A DNA stretch of 57,571 nucleotides, the filler included, from Stramenopiles sp. TOSAG23-3 (Eukaryota), in the NCBI GenBank assembly GCA_900128585.1. It is 6 parts of 6 records of this genome, joined end to end, with 100 filler letters (N's around TTAATTAATTAA, not from the genome) between each part and the next. Parts side by side here need not be neighbours in the genome. Positions count along the whole stretch, not along the records: positions 34,512 to 51,642 come from LT642460.1; positions 51,743 to 53,619 come from LT645293.1; positions 53,720 to 55,596 come from LT645294.1; positions 55,697 to 57,571 come from LT645295.1; 2 more parts are not named here. One strand, 5' to 3'. Positions 48,703-57,571 of this stretch are shown here, one piece after another (position 1 is the stretch's first letter; the number at the start of each line of letters is the position of its first letter). The notes under the pieces are model-generated. The model was not told the DNA's origin, made no database searches, and saw nothing but the letters and a program-made list of their open reading frames with translations. The position numbers and the translations under genes were made by a program.

Positions 48703-51642
48703 TCACCTCGTGCTTAACATTAGGCGAAACCCATCGGCCAAACGATTCCGCAGTTCCCTATCGGGGCACTCCAAATCCAAGTTCCTCCCACCACTCGACG
48801 ACTGCAGAGTCAGGTACAAATCAGAGTTTTTCGACGTGCCCGCTTTTCGGAGAACGTCCGATTTGATGCCCACGGAGACCCCGATGACATCTTTCATTCT
48901 CAGAGACGATTCCAATTTTACCGTAGATTTATTTTTCTTGCCTTTTTGCCAGTACAGCACATTTCGTCCCTGGTCCAGCCAGATGGTACGGGGCTGGGCT
49001 TTGTACGAAATGCGGTACCCGTCCGAGGACGGAAACTTCTTCACCGCAATACCCGACACCAACTCAAAGATAAATTTCTCGAGCTTCTCATTGCCCTGTG
49101 GCTTCTCGCCTTCTTCTTCGTTCCCTGACTTTTTTTTTTTGTTCATACGCTCCAGGTACAACGCTGCCGGCCCTTTTTTCGCTGCCCCGTCGTCTTCCTC
49201 CTCCTCCTCTTCGCTTTCCTCCTCCTCTTCGCTCCCTTCTTCATCCTCTTCTTCGTCTGGGGTGACGTACCCAGAAGGCCTTTCCCAAACCGTTTCCTCC
49301 GTGTCCCAATTCCAATAGTATTCACGCCCATTGTGTTCCATTTTCTCCCACCCATGCTTCTCTTCTGCAACCGAATCCTCGTCGGAATCCTCTTCGGAGT
49401 CCTCCTCGGAATCTTCGTCCGAGTCTTCGTTGTCCTCCGACTCCTCGCCACCGGCGCCTTCTTTCTCGTCAGAGTTGCTTAGGGGCGACATGGCCTGGAC
49501 GGGATCTTCGGTGACGCTTCGAACGTTCGCAGGTTTTGGCGTTTCTACCTTTACCTCTTCCTCTTCCACATCTGACTGGTCCCACGTGTTTTCCAATGCA
49601 TTTGGGGACTGTTTACTAGAAACGTTCCCACCGAACGATCCACTTTCGTCCGGTTCACCGTCTATCTTAAAATACGATTCCATCTCTTCGGCCTCTTCAC
49701 GCTCGCGGCGCTCATCTATCGGGGTCGATCTTGGGCGGCGCGATACTGGCGGCGACACATCGTCCGTCTCAATTACAGACGATGGCTTGCCAAGACTCTC
49801 TTTCGCTTTTTTCGGGGTGTCCTCCGCGTCGCTGTCTTTGTCGAAATCGTTCTCTTCGTCGTCATCAAAGTCCTCGTCCGAGCTTAAAATCTGGCTTGCG
49901 GAGAGTTTCGTGTTCTTCAACCTTAGCTTGGTAACGACATCTTTCGCTTTTTTCAAGGACTCCTTCATTTTAGCATGCTCTTGCTTGTTTATTTTGTCTT
50001 CGATTTCAAGACGCGATATTTCTTTTTGGAACTTGTCCACCTTCCCGGAATACTCGGTCTCTTTGGCTTCCATCTCCTTTTGTAGTTTACTGACTTCCTC
50101 TTTGGACTTTTTTACCTCCGCCGTTGCCATTTGCAGCTCGATCTCGGTACCGCCACGATTGAGCTGGTTTTGCATTTCATCGCACTTGTCTTGGAGAGAC
50201 TCTTTCTCCTGCAAACACGTCTGGTAAAGGCCAGCCTGTTCCTTGACCTTGTTTTCCGCGGCAACCAGCAAGTTCTTGTAACGATCTAGCTGCTTCGTGG
50301 AATCGCTGCTACGGTTTCGGGTCTCTTTCAACTCCTCTGCTTGGCGCTCCGTCTCCCCCTCCAAATCCCGCATGTTCTGGTTCTGTGTCTCCATGGACTC
50401 TTTCGCTTCCACCAGGTGTTGCTCTAGCATCTTGATCCTTTCCTTCCCCAATTCTACCTTTTCATTCGCCACCTGCAGGTTTGACCGTGCCTCATCAAGC
50501 TGAGAGTCTACCTCTGCTTCCCGCTGCTGCACTTCTGCCCTAGACTCTTCCAGGACGTTCTCTTTTTCGCCCAAAGTTCGCATTGCTTCTTCTTTCGCCT
50601 CCATAGCCCGCTTTATCTCCGTTTCCAGGGTCTCCTTTTGATCTTGCACGTCAAACAACTCCGCCTTCGTCTTTTTCAGCGATTCGTCCAAGGTTGCCCG
50701 GCGCTTCTTCGCTTTGTCCAGGTCTTCCCGTAGTTCCTCGGCTTCCTCGCTTTTATAGCTTAACTTTTGAGTCACCTCAGCCAGCTCGATTCGCAGGTGT
50801 TGGATTTCCGTGCTTAAGACTGCGTCATCCCCTTTGTTGCCGTTGCCATCACTGACTGGATTTTCTAATATATTCTTCAAATTTTGGCACTCCTCCTCCT
50901 TCAAATCGAACTTCTTCTTCAACACGGCTTTTTCTCTATGCAAAGCGTTCATCTTGTCCTCCAACTCACTATTTAATTCCAACTCGTCGGCTTGGTCTTT
51001 TACCTTTGTGTTCAATGTCTTCATGTCGGCGAGCAGCTTGCTCACTTGCGCTTTCAAGTTGATGTTCTCCTCTTTAACAACCGCCACAGCGGTCCCATTG
51101 TCGTTCTGCGCGGCGTTAGTGTTCTCGTCCCTTCCGCCAATATTTACACCGCCGTGCATGAGCGAGTTCTCAAAGTTTTTCTTCTCAATTACTTTCCGGA
51201 GTCGCTTCAGTTCCACGTCGCTTTTCTTTATCAATTTGCGTTTGCTATTTAAACGGCGTTCCAAGTCCGTGATGGTCTTGTCTGCGTGCTCTAATGTCGT
51301 AGAAAGTTCTTGGTCCGCTTCCCTCTTGTAACGCTCAAACTGCTTCTGAATTTCTTGAATTTCTTTCGTTCGGTTCTGTACCACGCTGAGAGCATCGGTC
51401 AGCTGGCCCTGCATATCAACTTCTTTCTGCAAGTTTTCGTTCCTTAGGCTTGCCATGTCGGCTTCCAACCGTATGCATTTCTGAACGACCTCGGCATTGT
51501 CTACCTTCGACGTGGCCTCAAACTTTAAGGAGTCAAGTTTTGCATTTTTCTCTTTCACCAACTGCCTCATCTGCTCAAGTGTGTTTTGTACTTTCGCAGT
51601 CTCTCCTTTCGAGCGGTCTAACTTGGACCGCAGTGCTTCTAT
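48703..51642 (-). CDS. Long coiled-coil protein with acidic linker, WW domain and C-terminal PH-like domain; 5'-truncated
   Basis: The frame stays open from the listed ATG at 51570 to the contig edge at 51642. About 550 aa of heptad-rich sequence, WW domain GWEKMEHNGREYYWNWDTEETVWERP, and a PH-like end (IWLDQGRNVLYW...VIGVSVG...RNLDLEC...RLADGFRLM). Confidence 0.85.
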   Translation of the reverse strand: MEALRSKLDRSKGETAKVQNTLEQMRQLVKEKNAKLDSLKFEATSKVDNAEVVQKCIRLEADMASLRNENLQKEVDMQGQLTDALSVVQNRTKEIQEIQKQFERYKREADQELSTTLEHADKTITDLERRLNSKRKLIKKSDVELKRLRKVIEKKNFENSLMHGGVNIGGRDENTNAAQNDNGTAVAVVKEENINLKAQVSKLLADMKTLNTKVKDQADELELNSELEDKMNALHREKAVLKKKFDLKEEECQNLKNILENPVSDGNGNKGDDAVLSTEIQHLRIELAEVTQKLSYKSEEAEELREDLDKAKKRRATLDESLKKTKAELFDVQDQKETLETEIKRAMEAKEEAMRTLGEKENVLEESRAEVQQREAEVDSQLDEARSNLQVANEKVELGKERIKMLEQHLVEAKESMETQNQNMRDLEGETERQAEELKETRNRSSDSTKQLDRYKNLLVAAENKVKEQAGLYQTCLQEKESLQDKCDEMQNQLNRGGTEIELQMATAEVKKSKEEVSKLQKEMEAKETEYSGKVDKFQKEISRLEIEDKINKQEHAKMKESLKKAKDVVTKLRLKNTKLSASQILSSDEDFDDDEENDFDKDSDAEDTPKKAKESLGKPSSVIETDDVSPPVSRRPRSTPIDERREREEAEEMESYFKIDGEPDESGSFGGNVSSKQSPNALENTWDQSDVEEEEVKVETPKPANVRSVTEDPVQAMSPLSNSDEKEGAGGEESEDNEDSDEDSEEDSEEDSDEDSVAEEKHGWEKMEHNGREYYWNWDTEETVWERPSGYVTPDEEEDEEGSEEEEESEEEEEEDDGAAKKGPAALYLERMNKKKKSGNEEEGEKPQGNEKLEKFIFELVSGIAVKKFPSSDGYRISYKAQPRTIWLDQGRNVLYWQKGKKNKSTVKLESSLRMKDVIGVSVGIKSDVLRKAGTSKNSDLYLTLQSSSGGRNLDLECPDRELRNRLADGFRLMLSTR

Positions 51643-51742
51643 NNNNNNNNNNNNNNNNNNNNNNNNNNNNNNNNNNNNNNNNNNNNTTAATTAATTAANN
51701 NNNNNNNNNNNNNNNNNNNNNNNNNNNNNNNNNNNNNNNNNN
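51643..51742. other. Artificial contig linker
   Basis: N44-TTAATTAATTAA-N44. Confidence 0.99.
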
Positions 51743-51795
51743 TTTTAATGTTGCTGTTGTTAATACCCTCTCCATCTCTCTTAATCATCACCTCA

Positions 51796-53370
51796 TCAAA
51801 ACCTTCGTTTATAAAAGGCTGCACTGCCCATCTTCATCCAATCTTGCCTTGTTGCCCATTTCCCCATGCCTTCAGACGCGGTTAATTCACCGTTGGAGCT
51901 GATACCATTACCCTGCAGCGCGCCCCCTCCCGCCACCTTGCACTCGAAGGCTTGGCCGCTCATCTCCAGACACATTTCACATAGAGTTCCATCGTTCAGG
52001 CTTATGCAGAACTCGCATCCCCGCCCCGCAACGAGCGTCGCGGCACCCTTCCAGGCTAACCAGCGCCTGTTCTCGTAGCTGGATGTTGCCTGCAAACGCC
52101 TGGAACCCCCGACGACTTTGCTAACCCTTACACGGTTTCGTTTCAAGGATCGTTGCAGCCGTGCTTCCAAGTCTGGAAAGTCCAACCCCCCGCCAATGCA
52201 GACCAAATTCTGGCGGATTTCGTAACCCCTGTCGTCTGTTACCGAGTCCAGGGCCCTTCGACAGAGTTCCTCTATGCTGGTCATATCTTTCGAATACCTC
52301 GAATCTATAATTCCGTGCGTTTCGAACATTTTCGGGGCAAAGAGGGCTTCTGGAACCATGAACCGTTCTTCTCGAAGCTGGACCACACCCTCTTTCCCCC
52401 CCGATGTGACACCCGTCAAACGGAAAGGAACCGAGTCCAGCAGAAAGTCTATTTCTTTGGTTGGTTTCCAATTGGACTTTGCAGCACGAACGTACGTCAA
52501 GGATTCTTTCATGAGGACTGCGTCGTTGACGTTCACCACGCCCGACCCGCTGCCGAACGCTTCGGAGGCGAATCTTTGCATGAGCGCGGTCAGGTGTTCC
52601 CCCCCATACTTGCTTATCATGGTTTCTTGGAACCGGTGCCGTACGAGCTTCCCTTTGTACACACTGCACGCGTACGTCATCGCCCTCCCAGATTCCAGCA
52701 CGACCCCACTGGAGAGGCCCTTCGAGATGAGTGCACAGACGGGGGAGAACTCCATCCGCACCGCAGCCAAGCCAAGAATGCTGAAGCAGGCCTTGCCTAT
52801 TTTGCGGACAAACTTTTCCATCGGAACAACAGGGTTATAATGGCCCACATCAATCGGTCGCATGACGACCAGGACCTTGGCAGTGCCCAGGCGAACGCAC
52901 ATTCCGCCCTCCAAAATATTTTTCAGAATTTCCGCGAACTCTTCAACCGCCCAGCTGCTGTCGTATGGCCTACGGCAAAAGGTAGCGGTGGGCTCGACCA
53001 GGCTTGGCGCGCTGTCGCATGAATACCCCGCTTTTACCGTGTATGACCCTAAGTCTACGATGATTGCGCTGTTGTTTCGCTGCGTCGTGAGCCTCCACAA
53101 CTGGCGCCAGAGCGATTTGCTCTTTACCAGCTCCCCTTTGTTCTCGGCCTCGAACTTGTTCGCAACGCTGCGGCCGTCGCTGAGGGCCCACGGGTACTCC
53201 ACAAGAAGCGTCCTCCACGCTTCTGCACCGATCGACTGCTTGACACTTTTTGACGTGGACTCAAAATAAACTATCTCACGAGGATGTAACCACGCAAGGC
53301 AGTGCGCAAGGGTATTATCGCCCCAAAACTTATGCGGGAGCGCCTCCCTTGCCTGCTTTACCAACGACAT
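51796..53370 (-). CDS. Divergent actin-related protein with N-terminal F-box-like segment
   Basis: Actin fold motifs AIIVDLGSYTVKAGY, SGVVLESGRAMT, YGGEHLT, ERFMVPEALFAP, NLVCIGGG and AWKGAATL. N-terminal DNTLAHCLAWLHPREIVYFESTSK...EAWRTL resembles an F-box. Confidence 0.82.
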   Translation of the reverse strand: MSLVKQAREALPHKFWGDNTLAHCLAWLHPREIVYFESTSKSVKQSIGAEAWRTLLVEYPWALSDGRSVANKFEAENKGELVKSKSLWRQLWRLTTQRNNSAIIVDLGSYTVKAGYSCDSAPSLVEPTATFCRRPYDSSWAVEEFAEILKNILEGGMCVRLGTAKVLVVMRPIDVGHYNPVVPMEKFVRKIGKACFSILGLAAVRMEFSPVCALISKGLSSGVVLESGRAMTYACSVYKGKLVRHRFQETMISKYGGEHLTALMQRFASEAFGSGSGVVNVNDAVLMKESLTYVRAAKSNWKPTKEIDFLLDSVPFRLTGVTSGGKEGVVQLREERFMVPEALFAPKMFETHGIIDSRYSKDMTSIEELCRRALDSVTDDRGYEIRQNLVCIGGGLDFPDLEARLQRSLKRNRVRVSKVVGGSRRLQATSSYENRRWLAWKGAATLVAGRGCEFCISLNDGTLCEMCLEMSGQAFECKVAGGGALQGNGISSNGELTASEGMGKWATRQDWMKMGSAAFYKRRF

Positions 53371-53619
53371 GCACTACGATTGGTCGGTTCCCATATTGGT
53401 ATTTAATAGTGGTCACGACCGGTAAGCTTCTATCAACTCTATTTCACGACAACTATTCTAGATGATATATATTTAACGCATTCTATCCCCCCCAAAATCG
53501 CAAGTGTCGAACAGATCCAGGCAATCAACAAACAAACTTAGCCGCTGTTTGAACTCTAGGGATGATGTGGAAATGGATTCTATAAATATGCATCCAGATG
53601 TGCAAGAAAAAGTCGTCGG

Positions 53620-53719
53620 NNNNNNNNNNNNNNNNNNNNNNNNNNNNNNNNNNNNNNNNNNNNTTAATTAATTAANNNNNNNNNNNNNNNNNNNNNNNNN
53701 NNNNNNNNNNNNNNNNNNN
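53620..53719. other. Artificial contig linker
   Basis: N44-TTAATTAATTAA-N44. Confidence 0.99.
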
Positions 53720-53811
53720 ATTGATTCGGTACGTGCCCCGAAAACACGACAAAGCGTGCGGTTTCGAACACATCGGTGCTACAAGTGTTACATTAGTTCC
53801 CGACGAGAACC

Positions 53812-54732
53812 ATGAGCGCCATTACAGCGAAGCGAAAGTTTGAAGAACTAAGTGAGCAATTTACTCAGCCACTTCATAAAAATAGTGAGGAGGAGAGCAA
53901 GACGAGTGTGGCCAAACCAAAAAGACTGAAAATTATCAATGGCGCGTATACGCACAATTCCGGGAGGAAGAGCAAAACACCAAAAAAGGTGTCTGCTCCC
54001 ACTTCCAAGACGGTGAATGTGAAGGTGGGGAACAAGGTGGTCCAGCGGCACCAGTGCAACGTGTGCAAGTACAACACCAACCGTGCCGACAACATGCGAA
54101 AGCATTTGCTTGTACACTCCGAAGAACGGCCGGAAAAGTGTGAAATCTGCGGTCTAGCCTTTAAGGATCGTTCGAACTGCTTAGCACACACAAAGTTAGT
54201 CCATTCAAGCTTGCGCCCATTTCCATGCACGGTGTGCGGGAAAAAGTTCAAGACACAGAAGCATTTGAGGCAGCATTCTCATATCCACAACCCGAATGGC
54301 AAGCCGCACAAGTGCGAGCATTGCAGCTACGCGAGTGTGAACAAATGCGTCTTGCGCGAGCATATCGACATGGTGCACCTTGGCAAATCGAAATATCAGT
54401 GCATTCTCTGCGGCAAAGGTATCAAGAGCAAAAGTTCGCTTGATTACCATATGGGTATCCACAGGAAGGAGTCCCTGCTAGTGAAAACGTTAAAGAAAGA
54501 ATCGATCGAGCAGAAGAAGGAAATTAAGCGCTTGACGAAACGAGTCGAGAAGCTCACAGGTCAATTGAAAACCGCAAACCTTGCAAGCATGTCACATGAG
54601 CTTCAGGTTGACCTGCAGCTGCTTCAAAACTTTGCGAATAGTGTGCCGGGGAATCCGAAGAAAAGCTTTACCAATAGTGTGCCGGGGAAACGGAAGACAA
54701 GCTTTACCCCGGTGACTCGCGTGTCCATGTAA
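53812..54732 (+). CDS. Tandem C2H2 zinc-finger protein (5 fingers) with C-terminal coiled coil
   Basis: CNVC..H..H, CEIC..H..H, CTVC..H..H, CEHC..H..H and CILC..H..H, with linkers such as HSEERPEKC and HSSLRPFPC. Confidence 0.92.
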   Translation: MSAITAKRKFEELSEQFTQPLHKNSEEESKTSVAKPKRLKIINGAYTHNSGRKSKTPKKVSAPTSKTVNVKVGNKVVQRHQCNVCKYNTNRADNMRKHLLVHSEERPEKCEICGLAFKDRSNCLAHTKLVHSSLRPFPCTVCGKKFKTQKHLRQHSHIHNPNGKPHKCEHCSYASVNKCVLREHIDMVHLGKSKYQCILCGKGIKSKSSLDYHMGIHRKESLLVKTLKKESIEQKKEIKRLTKRVEKLTGQLKTANLASMSHELQVDLQLLQNFANSVPGNPKKSFTNSVPGKRKTSFTPVTRVSM

Positions 54733-55596
54733 ACATTTTGTTGGTTGGTACGCAACTTTCGAACTCTCCATTACTTTTCCAATTTTCCATCCACCACTCA
54801 TAAATTAATTTTAGATAGGCAGTAGGGAGGATCTACAATTAGTACATTTTGCTTATACCTTTTCGTATTGTTGGGATATTTTATATAGGAATTTGCCTTC
54901 CCGCGAGTAAACGCGGAGTGACCAGGTGTGCCAACTGATCCCTCCAAATCTCTTCCGTTGTAATTCTGTACACATTATTTCCATGTTATATGCGATTGGT
55001 GCCTTTCAAATTCATCTTGTCTTGACATTCCTATGCTGTGTCAAGCTTCCTTCTTTCAGCTCTCGATCTGTTTTTTCTTGATTTGAAAATGGCTCAACAT
55101 TTATGTACAATTTATATAAACAAAAGGGAATTGGTAATGCAATAGCAAAACCATTGCATATATTTTTATGCAAATAATACAAAAATAAATGATAGACCAC
55201 ACTCTCCACCAAATTTCACGGATTTGTGACTAAATGGAAAATATGTTCCCTTCTCGAGGGTCCCACATTTCACAATTTTCTGATAGGAAAATATAATATA
55301 CAATACATAGAATATGAAATTAAGTATATAAATTATCATTCGAGGATCACACTTTTATCGTATTTAATGTTAGAATTAGGGTAATAAGAGAGATGGTTAG
55401 TTCGTTTGGATGGTTGGGATTGGGATGGTGGATGGTCCTCCTCTAAAAAGAAGAAGAAGAAGCACAAGAGGAGGAGGAGGACAGGAGGAGGTTGGTAGAA
55501 CTGACTAAAAAAGAAGAAGAAGAGAATTATTATTAAAAAAATAATAAAATAATAATAAATTTATTTTATTAAATTAATATAACACTAATATTAATA

Positions 55597-55696
55597 NNNN
55601 NNNNNNNNNNNNNNNNNNNNNNNNNNNNNNNNNNNNNNNNTTAATTAATTAANNNNNNNNNNNNNNNNNNNNNNNNNNNNNNNNNNNNNNNNNNNN
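55597..55696. other. Artificial contig linker
   Basis: N44-TTAATTAATTAA-N44. Confidence 0.99.
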
Positions 55697-55698
55697 TT

Positions 55699-57148
55699 AC
55701 GCCCCCTTCTAAGGGGCTGTCCAGCAGCTTTTCGCCGCGTCGGCGCGTTGAAGATCCTCAATACCCTCCGTCGCCTGACAGTGCTGCCGTCTTTTCCTTG
55801 GAACAGAAAGTCGGCAACACACGGTACACTGTGCGCAACAGTAAGGCAACTTCTGGCCAGTTCGTGAACAATTTGGAGGAGATTTGGCACACAAAGTGCA
55901 AGCACGGTTCCGTTTCGAGCCTTGACTTGCCTTCCCCAAACGGTCTGGAGGTATTTTACCTTGGGCTGCTGCTCTGGTCTGAGAACAAGCGGGACGAGGC
56001 CTTGGAGAAGTTCAAAGAAGCGGCAAAGATGGAACCGGGCAGTAAGTTGATGAATTTTTTGTACCCATGGCTCAATAAAGAAAACGAGAGGAGCAAATGC
56101 GACAGTCCGCGGGGGAAACTGTCTCCAAGGGGGGGGGGGGGGGTCCCCCAGGGCTGAAGAGGTCTCTGAGATGGAGGACTCCGCCCCTGAAGTCGATGAG
56201 ATTCCTATAGCAAAAAAACCCTTAGACTTTTCCACCGCCTTGGGGGAGCACATTCCCATCCAACAATGCTTAGACAACGGCATTTCCGAGACGCTGGTTG
56301 AGCTGTCCAGGAAAAGGATGGTATTTGAAATTGATAAAAACATGGAAGAAGAGCTGCACGACTATACCTCCTTTATTGGAATGTTTGTTGGCTCGGACTT
56401 GGTTGATTTTACGGAGGAAATTTCATCGTTGCTGCGGAAGCGGCCAAGAGGCCCCTACCGAAAAGCAAAGACCCTGTTTTCCCAAGTACATTTGACTGGG
56501 AACATGGCCCCCATCCAAAAAATCCTTCAGAAAGTTGTTGATCGAGGGGATGGTAAGTCCTTGCCGTGCAGCTATTTCGCACGGGAGGGGGAACTTGAAA
56601 ACGTGCTTCTGCCCCCCCCCTCTGAAAACGTAAGGTTTTACGACGTCGTCCTGTCGCTCTTCGGCTTGGAGTCAATTCCGCCAGAATCGAGGGAGCCGAT
56701 TTTGCAGCGTTTCTCGGAGGAAAGTAGCGATCTTCTGTTGGTTGTTTTTGATTCTCCTGCAGTGTTGTTTGATGATTCTTTGGGCCCAGAGCGAGTGTCC
56801 CACCTGGTGCAAACGTTTGAACGTGGATTGCAGAAGAAAAATTTGAGCCAATCGACCCTCGACAGGGCGAAAGACGTCCTTTACCTGTTTTATGATCTGA
56901 CCATGTCGACCAGGTCAAAAATTCGTCAATTCCGTAAAAACAACCTTATGGAATGGTGCGAGGAGCTAGAATCGAACGGTTTTGCGATAAATTTTCAGCG
57001 GAAACTCGTAGATCATTGGTGGGCGCCGATCTATTTGATATCTGCGTCTTCGAGAAAGTACCGGGCGCGGGACTCGCCGAACTATAACTTGCCCTTGACC
57101 CCCAGGGCAAAATTCCACAGCAGGCAGCGTCAAAATTCGAAGACGTGA
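55699..57148 (+). CDS. 5'-truncated hypothetical protein (TPR-like repeat + degenerate class I methyltransferase-like region); apparent frameshift at G15 run 56129-56143
   Basis: The frame is open from the contig edge. TPR-like FYLGLLLWSENKRDEALEKFKEAAKMEP. After the G run the +1 frame reads SPRAEEVSEMEDS... straight into ORF 56171-57148 (YDVVLSLFGLESIP, LLLVVFD, WCEELESNGF). Confidence 0.65.
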
Positions 57149-57424
57149 CGAGGGACGGGGGCGGTTCTCTCAGAAAAGTCCCGCGCGAGTGTCCCTACAT
57201 TAGGCCGTTGAAAGAAAAAAAACGTTTGATATAAAAAACAAATTATATATAGTGTGTTTTTTGACTTAAAACATACTATATAATTTGTTTTTATATAGTG
57301 TGTTTTAAAACTCTCATTTTATATCAATTATCATACTATTTCAGTTCCAACCCTAAACTATCTTTAACGTTTGAAAAAAACTAATTATAAGAGTAGGACG
57401 TGCGAATTATGTATATATTAGGAT

Positions 57425-57473
57425 TAGGGTTTGAGGAAGCTAAATTTAATTACTTAAATAACAGCCAATTTTC
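57425..57473 (+). repeat. Dispersed 49-bp repeat, copy 2
   Basis: tagggtttgaggaagctaaatttaattacttaaataacagccaattttc; 48/49 identical to the reverse complement of 35801-35849. Confidence 0.9.
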
Positions 57474-57571
57474 TTGTTTTTATTCGTATACATAACATAG
57501 GCATATTTTTTTCCGTACAAATGCAAACCGCACACGCTCGCGCCGTTGGCTCATGTCCCCCAACTTCCAAA

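Noticed and set aside
53573..53619. Possible start of a plus-strand gene (MDSINMHPDVQEKVV) running off contig 4
   Set aside because: Only 15 codons are visible; insufficient evidence.
17160..55696. Five identical TTAATTAATTAA motifs flanked by N runs, and any gene neighbourhood across them
   Set aside because: Artificial concatenation linkers. Contig lengths (17159, 17152, 17131, 1877, 1877, 1875) suggest file ordering, not physical linkage.
1..57571. tRNA, rRNA, CRISPR arrays, transposase or reverse-transcriptase genes, alternative genetic code
   Set aside because: None recognised by eye. Long genes translate cleanly with the standard code, and the repeats lack repeat-spacer structure.

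Overview
Eukaryotic DNA made of six unrelated contigs joined by artificial 100-nt linkers (44 N + TTAATTAATTAA + 44 N): 1-17159, 17260-34411, 34512-51642, 51743-53619, 53720-55596 and 55697-57571. The source is probably an intron-poor, flagellated protist; a stramenopile is my inference from the axonemal dynein and the oomycete-like phosphagen kinase. About 17 apparently intronless genes are present. Contig 1: an edge-truncated inner-arm dynein heavy chain (DNAH10-like, missed by the ORF track) and alpha-COP (frameshifted at a C12 run). Contig 2: an unknown coiled-coil protein, Cbp3/UQCC1 with a WW domain, a TBC1D23-like protein, a GT47-GT49 fusion glycosyltransferase, a Cbp4/UQCC3-like protein, a predicted myristoylated phosphagen kinase and PET117. 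Contig 3: a degenerate UBA5 paralogue, a ~1760-aa SH3x3/multi-TM/alpha-SNAP-like/Ras-like protein, a zf-PARP protein, TM9SF, a METTL21-type methyltransferase and a coiled-coil/WW/PH protein. Contigs 4-6: an F-box-actin, a 5xC2H2 protein and a TPR/methyltransferase-like gene split at a G15 run. The strongest novelty candidates are the SH3-TM-SNAP-GTPase membrane protein, the GT47-GT49 putative co-polymerase, and the UBA5 paralogue with a degenerate ATP site but retained catalytic Cys. All family calls come from motif recognition by eye; no searches were run.
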